A stretch of DNA of 64,000 bases from Haliotis rufescens (lineage: Eukaryota): the NCBI RefSeq assembly GCF_023055435.1, contig NW_025963802.1, forward strand, positions 7,998,001-8,062,000. The letters are read 5' to 3'. Under the pieces are notes generated by a model. It saw only the letters and a program-made list of their open reading frames with translations, did not search any database and was not told the origin of the DNA. The position numbers were made by a program, and so were the translations under genes. Below, piece by piece: positions 54,031 through 64,000 of this stretch (within the stretch, counting starts at the first letter, position 1; every line of letters starts with the position of its first letter).

Positions 54031-55059
54031 ACATTAATCGGTACATTTCATCATTAATCGGTACATTTCATCATTAATCGGTACATTTCACCATTAATCG
54101 GTACATTTCATCATTAATCGGTGCATTTCATCATTAATCGGTACATTTCATCATTAATCGGTGCATTTCATCATTAAACGCTGCATTTCATCATTAATCG
54201 GTACATTTCATCATTAATCGGCACATTTCATCATTAATCGGTACATTTCATCATTAATCTGTGCATTTCATCATTAACTGGCACATTTCATCATTAATCG
54301 GTACATTTCATCATTAATCTGTGCATTTCATCATTAACTGGCAAATTTCATCATTAATCGGTACATTTCATCATTAATCGGTGCATTTCATCATTAATCG
54401 GTACATTCCATCATTAATCGGTACATTTCATCATTAATCGGTGCATTTCATCATTAATCGGTACATTTCATCATTAACTGGCACATTTCATTATTAGTCG
54501 GCACATTTCATCATAAATCGGTACATTTCATCATTAATCTGTGCATTTCATCATTAACTGTCACATTTCATCATTAATCGGTACATTTCATCATTAATCG
54601 GTACATTTCATCATTAATCGATGTACTTCATCATTAATCGGTGCATTTCATCATTAATCGGTACATTCCATCTTTAATCGGTACATTTCATCATTAATCG
54701 GTGCATTTCATCATTAATCGGTACATTTCATCATTAACTGGCACATTTCATTATTAGTCGGCACATTTCATCATAAATCGGTACATTTCATCATTAATCG
54801 GTGCATTTCATCATTAATCGGTGCATTTCATCATTAATCGGTACATTCCATCATTAATCGGTACATTTCATCATTAATCGGTGCATTTCATCATTAATCG
54901 GTACATTTCATCATTAACTGGCACATTTCATTATTAGTCGGCACATTTCATCATAAATCGGTACATTTCATCATTAATCGGTGCATTTCATCATTAATCG
55001 GTGCATTTCACCATTAATCGGTACATTTCATCATTAATCGGTGCATTTCATCATTAATC
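54031..55059. repeat. 20-bp minisatellite (cattaatcggtacatttcat)n, about 51 units
   Basis: Direct reading, with recurring variant blocks. Confidence 0.98.
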
Positions 55060-57464
55060 TATTGGACTGGTTTATGGTATTTTTGGTTTGGAGAATAATG
55101 GGATATATAAAATACATTACTGCTTTGTCTTTTTTTTATCTATTCCTTTCTGTTACAATGGATGAAACGTTTCTGCGTTTGGCAAAGCTAAACAAAACTG
55201 TTAAATCAAGACAATTCTCACACTCATAGCCAGTTTACATACACTATCGCCAGGTCTGGAGGGGATCAAAACACGATATATTGGTTGTCACGTGAAGTAT
55301 AAGAAAAAGGGCGGGGGTACGTGTCTGATGCATATTTATGACACCTCAATAAGAAACACCGAAAGATATCCAGTAACGACCGAGATATTGCAGCATGTTT
55401 AAGTATCTGCAATCTACCCTACACAATTCACATCCGAATTCAGCTCGCGTACCCGGTTCAACTTCACACGAAGCTATACTTACACGCGCTAATACTTAAG
55501 TAAACAAACAAGACGTCGCAGACTATCACGTGACCTAATTCCTTGATAGCGGTGTTGAGTCTTAGATTGCGTGTTAACCTTCTTCCGGGTAGCCTGGCCT
55601 GCCCCGACCCATGGGTAGTGTTTGAACACCTTGTTCAGTTTTGTTACATGCAATCGACAGTACATATGCTGCCGTCGACGAGGTGATACGTATTTTATGG
55701 AGGACGTGAGTATATAGTGGTCACATTAAGTCTTTCCATAAAGTTGTGTGTGACTAGGAATCAAGTAGTAGTATTGGCGTTGGCAAGGTGGAGATTTCGC
55801 TCATTCAAACGTACTCATTCTGATAATGTAACCTTCACCTTAACCTTATGACCAGCTAAAGTCTTACCCATAGTAAGAAACAGACATTCACGTAGTCTGT
55901 CTCACAGTCTCTGAAGCATAATCTCTTCCTTCCATCCAGCCCTTACTGTTACCTTATAGCTCTAAACGAAGTCTAGATTTTCCATAGGTTCAGGATCTCC
56001 TTTTCATTTCAAATGAATTTTTTTGTTTCGACGAAAATAATTTACTTTCAGAGACTAATCGTAGGTCTAAATGTAAGAGCAAGGCACATTGTATACAAAT
56101 GTTAAGGCTGAAATAAGGGTATGTTTAGAAATAACGTGAAAATATGAATACATCGAGACATATTATATCCTAATTATGTCCTGAATACATGACACGTGTT
56201 ATGGATAACAACTTGGTAAAGGGGCAAGGAGTAGCCCTGAAAGGTCGTTACAAAGAATTATGAACTTGTTATCAAGAACAAAATGCCATGTATTCGTGTT
56301 CTTCAAGCTTCCAAATGCCTATCGAAGATTTTGGGATTATATAATTAAGATCCTCAAAGTAAAACATTTGGTGTTAAATGCTGCAGTTTGTTTCATTGCT
56401 TTATGAGTGAGTGCGTGAGTGAGTATGATGTTACGTGTAGCATTCCAGTCATAACCAGGATTCGAACCTGACAAGCCAAGTCATTAGCCACTGTATCAGT
56501 TTCCCCAACACACCACTCCCTATTGTTGTAAGCTACCTTAATGGGATGATGAGTGAGAGAGTGAGTATGGTTTTACGCCGCTTTTAGTAATATTCCAGCA
56601 ATATCACGGCGGGGGACACTAGAAATGGGCTTCACACATTGTACCATGTGGGGAATCGGACCCAGGTCTTCGGTGTGACGAGCGAACGCTTTAACCGCTA
56701 GGCTACCGCACTGCTCCTTATGTGATAATGTAATTAGTTGTAAAAAGATAGATATAACATTCCTGTCACTGTTACCAGATAAAGACATGCACTAACACGG
56801 CCTTAATTCGTTGTGAGTGAGTGAGTGAGTTAGTATGGGTTAACGCCGCTTTTAGCAATGTTCCAGCAATATCACGGCGGGGGTACACCAGAAATAGGCT
56901 TCACACATTGTACACATTGGGCAAGTAAAACGGTATCTACGAGCTCGTAAAGGGCACGAGTGTAGTAATTTATTTATTGCTCGCTTAAACTCAGCAAATT
57001 AAACTACCCGGTATCTAAATTCAACGTCGAAAAAAAATGTTGTGTCAACGTTCGTTGAAATACACTCGTTATAAGAACGGTATCAAAACGCGCTTTCATA
57101 TTTTGATAATGTGTAACAGACAGGCAGACATATCCATATCCTAATTTAAACAGAATATTTTAATATTGGGGATTGAGTAGCCCATGTGGTGCGACCAGAA
57201 TCGTCCAGTGAGTTGAGCATTAAATAGCATGGACGAGGCAGTCTGTAATCATCCAAGAGAAGTAACCCTCGTATACACAAGTTGGAGAGGGGCTCTACTA
57301 CACTCTCCCAAAGCCATAGCCTTGTTTGTTTTACCCGTTTTAAGAAACCATTTGTTCGTTTTATACTGTACATCTTCAATAATGTTACAATATGTGGTGC
57401 CCCATAATTCTGCACCGTAACAAACTATAGACACAATCATAGCATTAAATATTTTAAATAAATA

Positions 57465-58276
57465 CCGTATTCGACCAAATAAGCGCACAGGGCGCTCTCA
57501 AAATTAGAAATAGGGGGCTCTTAGAGTTGAGAGATCGTATATTTCGTGGTTTATGCTGACAGCCTGAAATGATACAAAAGAGGTGAGGTGAGGTGAAATG
57601 GGGTTTAAATTCTGGAAAAATATATCTGTCGTGAAAATACGCACAGACTTTTCTTTTGTATCAGACCGCCTCCGTGGTCTAGTGGTAGAGCGTCCGCCCG
57701 GAGAGCGGAAGGTCAGGGGTTCGATCCCCGGCCGCTGTAACTCCAAGATTATTGCACTTATATAGCGACGTGCATGTACGTGTGTGTGTGTGGCTGCTTG
57801 TACTAGTCCGGACTGATGCCGATTTATAGGGCTAGCCCACTGAGATACCATGCCGCAGTTTAACATGAATAACCCACTCAGACACAGTATACTGACTCCG
57901 AGCCGACCAGTCCTTGTCTTTGCCCCTTAATGCCGAGCGCCAGACAGGGTAACAACAAGTACCATCTTTTTTACGTCTTTTGGTATGACGCGGCCGGGGA
58001 TCGAACCCCTGACCTTCCGCTCTCCGGGCGGACGCTCTACCACTAGACCACGGAGGCGGTCTGATACAAAAGAAAAGTCTGTGCGTATTTTCACGACAGA
58101 TATATTTTTCCAGAATTTAATTGCCCGTAATTATGGGTGCATATAGCACACGAGTGCGTATTATACACGAATAAATATGTCCTGTGTACATTGATCAATC
58201 GGAAGGGTGCTAATTGGGATTGTTCACTAGCAAATATCGCCGTGGGCGCCGTGGGCGCCTATTACGTTGAATATGG
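57465..58276 (-). mobile_element. Second copy of the TA-MITE (same family as 38479-38821), itself carrying a SINE
   Basis: Reverse-complement similarity to 38479-38821, with TA flanks at 57463-64 and 58277-78. Confidence 0.82.
57582..58061 (-). mobile_element. SINE family C copy with 12-bp TSD tgatacaaaaga
   Basis: TSD at 57570-81 and 58062-73. Confidence 0.88.
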
Positions 58277-60617
58277 TATTGTCAGGGAATAACTTTCTTT
58301 TGATATCTGCATAGTGTCATAATGGCCTTGTTACTCGCGAGGCAATAGTAGCTAGTGCTTTAGTCAAAACAAGTTCAGGCTTGAACAAAATACCCCAAAA
58401 TCGATAAAACGACACAGTTTAAATATATACACCAATAAATTTTCACCTGTCATACGTTCTTAGATGTTAACTATTTTTGAATACTGTAACTTTAGTTTTC
58501 TTCAAGTTTACCTTCATACCTGTGGTGTTGCAAACATATTCTAAGGCACAAATCTTCTTTTGTAGATTTAAAGGTGTATCAACATTAGATGACACGTCAT
58601 AAGCATGCATAAGTGCATATATTTCTAGACAGTCTTTAGTAATAAAGACGGTTTGTCCATACAATTTACAAATATATTTATGAATATTAAAAACATCTGT
58701 GGGCTAAGAATGCATCCTTGACGGGTACCTATGTTACACTTTAACAAGTTCAAGTATTTAGATAACCCAGCAGGTATTCTAACACAGGCACACAGTTTAG
58801 CATACATTGCTTTAATAATAGACAAAAACATTTAAAAGGCACCACTATCAGATACAAACAACTCCATTGATCCCTAATGAGACGGAAGATCCTGAACCTG
58901 TGGAAAATGCAGATTTGCTATAACGTTACAGTAATCGCTTAGTAGAAGGGGATGTAACATGGTTCAGGGACTGTGAGACTGACTGCTCTTACTTTGACTC
59001 CCCGTGTATTGCAATGGGTAAATCTTTAGCTGGTGGACAAATGGGGTTGACGGTGACATTACCAGAATGAGTACATGCTTGAAAGTTTAAGCAAGTTATA
59101 AATTAATGTATTTATTACTAACTGAAACTTTACTCGTGATCACAATTCACGATTGGATATCGTTCTTATTGCGAGTGTATTTCAACAAACGTGGTAACAA
59201 CGGCTTTTATCGACGTTGAATGTAGATAATGTGCTGAGTATAGGTGGGTTATAAATAAATTACTACACTCGCCCCTCTTGATACCGTTGTTTTTTCAAAA
59301 CGTATCTGACTCGGCCGTTCGTTAGATGCGTTTTGAAATGCACTCATTGTATACTATACGGTATCGAACGGGATTCGTTTAGTAATCTATATTTCTGACA
59401 GCTAGCGTCTGCTTACTTGTCAAGAACAAATACTCAAACAGTAAACCGTGACTGTTATTTCGACAGACTAGCTTGCAGTGGCACACTTTATGTGACTTCA
59501 AAGATTTTTGTATGAACATTATTTTCTTGAAATTACATTGAACACTATCAGGTGTGTACATCGTATCCCAAGTGTATCCCAGATCGATGATCACGATGTC
59601 AATCACTGGATTGCTTGGTCCAGACTCGATTGTTTACAGACCGCCGTCATAAAGCTGGAATATTGTTGAGTGCGGCGTTAAACAACAAACAAGCAAACAT
59701 AAAGGAATTAGACCTTTTTCCTCGCTTGTATGTTTTTGACATAGAACAACAAGCATAGAGGTAAAACAATTACACAATTACAGTTCCTTACAAAAACAGT
59801 ACAAGTAAACATGCACCATGTGTCATAGGTGTCCATAGTTAGACTCACTCAAGAAATTGAAAGCTTTGTTCACTCATTTTAGACATAAATGGGTCGTGTC
59901 AAAATGACAAAACTTGCAATTAATGGAAAGAAAAGTTACAGGTGTTCAATCATGAATCAAAAGTCTGCCATTAAATATATATATTTCCCACAATAAGAGC
60001 AATGGGACACAGTACACAATAATAAGAAGGAAGGCACTTGTGTGGCGTTTAAAGGCCTACCATGTCGGTATGAAATGACCTGGTCACATCTAAAAATGCA
60101 ACCAAAATTTACAGCGTCTCTTATACGATGTTCGGGGCGGTCGGGTAGCCTAGTGGTTAAAGCGTACAATGTGTGAAGCCCATTTCTGGTGTCCCCCGCC
60201 GTGATATTGCTGGAATATTGCTAAAACAGCGTAAGACCATACTCACTCACTCACTTATACTATGTTGGTGTTTTGCAGGGGAAGAAACTTGCCCGACATT
60301 TGGCAGTGTACAAAGGAACAGAAGCAATCATATTCCCTCGTTCGAGGTGCCGGCCATGTAGGATGTTCTCGGTGGTCACGATACCACAAAATGACTTCAT
60401 GCAGCAACCTTTAACCTGAGTGGAGAACTTGACCTTGACCTTGACCCTGACTTCACTTACAGATTTTTTTATTTCTACTGGAATGTAAAACTTTCATTTT
60501 CATTTCTCTTTCAATTTGAAGAAACTCTCAACACACTCAAACAGTGATGGGATATGTTAGAATCATCCACACTGTCGTTTATATTTTCGCTTTAACATGT
60601 CATATTATGTTTGGCTG

Positions 60618-63600
60618 TAAATCACTAGATTGTCTGGTCGAGACTCGATTATATACAGACCGCGGTAATATAGCTGGAATATTGCTGAGTGCGGCGTTAA
60701 ACAACAAACAACAACATGCACAACATGGCGTGTTCTAATTTCTGAAGCCGATCGAAGGGTGTATGGACGTAAGACATTATAACTGTGACAGGTTCTGTGA
60801 ATATACCATCGTGGTGTTCATGATAAAATGATGGCCAAACTCATAAAATATATAACTGAAAGATTAAACGAATAAACTCATTTGTCTCATTATTATTTGA
60901 GCCGTGAAGATCCGGGAAAGAATAGGTCTTCAGCAACCCATGCTTGCCGTAAGAGTCGCCTATGCTTATCGTAAGAGACGACTAACGGGATCGGGTGGTC
61001 AGGCTCGCTGACTTGGTTGATGCATGTCATCGAATGTCAATTGTTTGGATCGATGCTCATGATATCAATCACTGGATTGTCTGGTCCAGACTCGATTATT
61101 TACAGACCGCCATCATATAACTTGGCTATTTCTGAGTGCGGTGTTAAACAACAAAGAAACAAAAGCTAATGTCGATATGTATTGAGGCGATTGACGTTCA
61201 CAATTGCATGATCAATTCGTGTTTGCATTCCATTCAATGCTTGTTTTTAATACTGTAGGTGTAATACCGGGTAACACACCATACGGTCCTTGTTTATAGT
61301 TACGGACGGAGAAAGTAGATCTATATGTTTTCTGCCACAAATGAAGAAAAAATACATTGTTTGAATCAAACCCCAGACTCCTCTTCACTCAACGTTATCA
61401 CCTTGTCTTGTTACAGTGTATGTTGCATCTATATGATCATGATTAACGTAGATAACGTACTTTGACCTAGTCCAGATCAAAATCCGGTATCAATAACAGT
61501 CAACGATAAATAGCGTGACGTACGTCCGCCCAGCGTGTTTGTGCCAGGTTAACAACTCCACGGTGTGGGGTCGGTATATATATATACTTGTACACACCAG
61601 CCTACTTGGCGATATATTCAAGTACTATTGATGAGGACCGGTCGCATTACGAAACTACGGTGTCTTGAACTTCCAGCTGACACAGGCTACGGTCGACAGA
61701 CGGAATGGGGCAATATATTAGTATGCTGCCATGGCTAAGGAAGGAAGTGGTAGTTCTCATGCATGGCACGTATATAGTACTTATTACCTTCAAGATAGTC
61801 ATCGAGTCGTATTTAAAGACTGGAAGACCAAAAGTAACACGTGACCTGAATACGTCACATATTAGATTTAATATAATAATTAATTGGCCTACCTAGTTAG
61901 ATCTGTGTCTTTGAAAGATTGAGCATGGGTTTATCTTTTATCCATATTTTTTTTATTTTTCAAACGATAACCGCTCCGTTTAAAAAAGAAGTGACATATT
62001 TTATTTTCCTATTTCCGCATGATCACAATTTCACGCAAAAAATGTTTAAAACTCAGATTTTACAGCCAGGTCTTGAGGAACAGAAAAACGTTAATTAATC
62101 CACGAACAATGTTAAAAGGAATCCTATTTAGTTAGTTAAGGGACTGTAGCGTGTTCCATAATTATAAAGTAAACAATGTACCATCTTGGTCTTTCTGCTG
62201 ATTTGAGTTTGAATTGCAGTGCGTGTCGTTTAAAGGTATTCTACAAAGGTTTACAATTACGTACACCATTCAGACCAGTGTTTTTTAACCAGGTCGACTT
62301 ACTTAAACTTCCTTGTTTTTTACTATTGAAATAGCAGTTAGCTTATGACCTTTCATTAAAACTCTGTTTATTTCACCCGACTGATAATTACTGCTTTAAG
62401 CAATCATTATAGCAACGATATTATATTATTGATAACAATTTCTTTGTTTAGTTCGTTTGTTGTTTAACGCCGCTCTCAGCAATATTCCAGCTATATGACG
62501 GCGGTCTGTAAATAATCGAGTCTGAATTCATTCATTCATTCATTCATGCATCAACCAAGTCAGCGAGCCTGACCACCCGCTCCCGTTAGTCGCCTTTTAC
62601 GCCAAGCATAGTCACCTTTTAGGGCAAGCCAGGGTTGCTGAAGACCTATTCTATCCGAGATCTTCACGGGTCTATATATTGATTACAAAAGCCGAAAATT
62701 AATGGTAAATTATGGTAATGGTTCTATTTTTAATGTTTCTTGAAAGAAAATGGAAAATTACACACGGGAAATTCAGAATGACAACCCCTTTGTACAAATG
62801 CATATACATATTATCACATTACATGTATATTATAAAGATATCATAATATCATACAAATAACCAAACGAACTTAATGTGATCATGGTCGCTTTATCCAGTC
62901 ACATGTGTCCTTATATTTCAGGGCTTGATAATGCAGGGAAATCCACGCTGTGTTACCTGCTAACATCACGACTTCACGGCACGCCGCCAACCCGCTGTGA
63001 GTAGGACCCTGCAATACAATGTATTTAAATGATAAATTATAAGTCTGCATTTCACTGGGGTCAGTTTAACTCTCCAAGTATACATCGAAAGAAATATGGG
63101 GCGGTCGGGTAGCCTAGTGGTTAAAAGTGTTTGCTCGTCATGCCGAAGACCCAGGTTCGATTCCCCACATGGGTACAATGTGTGAAGCCCATTTCTGGTG
63201 TCCTCTGCCGTGATGTTGCTGGAATATTGCTAAAAGCGGCGTGAAACCACACTCTCACTCACTCACTCACTCACTCACTCACTCACTCACTCACTCACTC
63301 GAAAGAAATATTAATCTGTGAATGCCAATAAACTCTCGCCAGCTTCTACAAATATAAAACTCGTGTTTTTTCGTTCATTTTTATTTCACCTCATTTGTTA
63401 TGTATTAACTGTATAGAACAATTCGTGTTGTGTGATGTTAATGTAGTACATACCGAAATTTGTTTGTTGTTTTACGCCCCACTCAGCACTATTCCAGCTC
63501 TATGGCGGCGGCCTGTAAATAATCGAGTCTGGACCAGACAATCCTGTGATTGATATCATGGGTATCAATCTACACTTGGGATATGATGACTTGCATCACC

Positions 63601-64000
63601 CGACCATCCGATCCGTGAGTCGGGTTGCTGAAGACGACTCAAGCCCGGATCTTCATGGGTTAGATAACTGAACTAAGCATCGTTGGTTGTGACTGTATGC
63701 CATGCCAGTTATAACGGCGGTTTATGTTTCAGATGATGCCAAAAAGACATTAGTCTACAACAACATCAAGTTGACACTGATTGACGGGGGGCAGAGAAGG
63801 CGTGGGGTGAGTTATGTCACATGGTTTAAGATCAACTACTCAAATAACACAGCAACACAAATAAGCTTTGGAATTACATAAAATGTAACGGACTAAAACG
63901 GCTAGGTTCGGGATGTTTCAGTATTGCTGTACTTATACGTCGACACAATGTGTGATCTACATTAATCTTCAGGTCGCCTTTTAAGACAAGCAAAGCATAT
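60618..64000 (+). repeat. Segmental duplication copy 2 (continues past the window)
   Basis: Matches 46537 onward; the junction falls inside a family A retroposon. Confidence 0.95.
61705..63806 (+). CDS. Divergent Arf-like protein 5 (duplicate of gene 4), partial; exons 61705-61765, 62922-62996, 63733-63806; rest beyond the window
   Basis: Same peptide as gene 4 exons 1-3. The only coding difference seen is a synonymous aca/acg. GC donor at 61766. Confidence 0.8.

Larger units (their letters stand above)
57110..58830 (-). mobile_element. Decayed LINE reverse-transcriptase fragment, split by nested insertions
   Basis: IGTRQGCILSPQMFLIFIN, ALMHAYDV (degenerate YADD), GMKVNLKKTKV, IFNAMIVSIVCYGAELWG. 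Confidence 0.8.

Noticed and set aside
51470-55059. CRISPR-like arrays
   Set aside because: Contiguous tandem units with no unique spacers, in a eukaryotic context with no cas genes.

Overview
AT-rich animal genomic DNA, most likely a mollusc (the repeat families resemble gastropod/abalone ones; this is inference). The core of the window is a head-to-tail + strand tandem array of spliced Arf/Arl-family small GTPase genes: four complete 5-exon genes (CDS spans 9783-17017, 24228-27768, 31127-33957, 47616-51048) and a fifth, near-identical copy of gene 4 that runs off the window end (from 61705). All have the same intron phases (1,1,0,1) and an N-terminal MG myristoylation signal. They are atypical: the catalytic switch-II Gln of Arf (WDVGGQ) is Arg, and a C-terminal extension ends in a conserved 22-aa amphipathic helix. 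Genes 4/5 also have rewritten switch regions and a GC splice donor, yet keep an open frame. An intronless orphan ORF with an MGC acylation-type start (20627-21196) lies inside the array. The rest is mobile DNA: a dead Tc1 transposase, a herpes-tegument-like deubiquitinase relic (Helitron-type), a decayed ISL2EU (DDE + YqaJ) transposon inside a ~620-bp tandem array, LINE fragments, four short retroposon families (one headless, with a covarying 5' RNA structure), several MITEs with target-site duplications, and minisatellites. There is one N gap (1866-2023).
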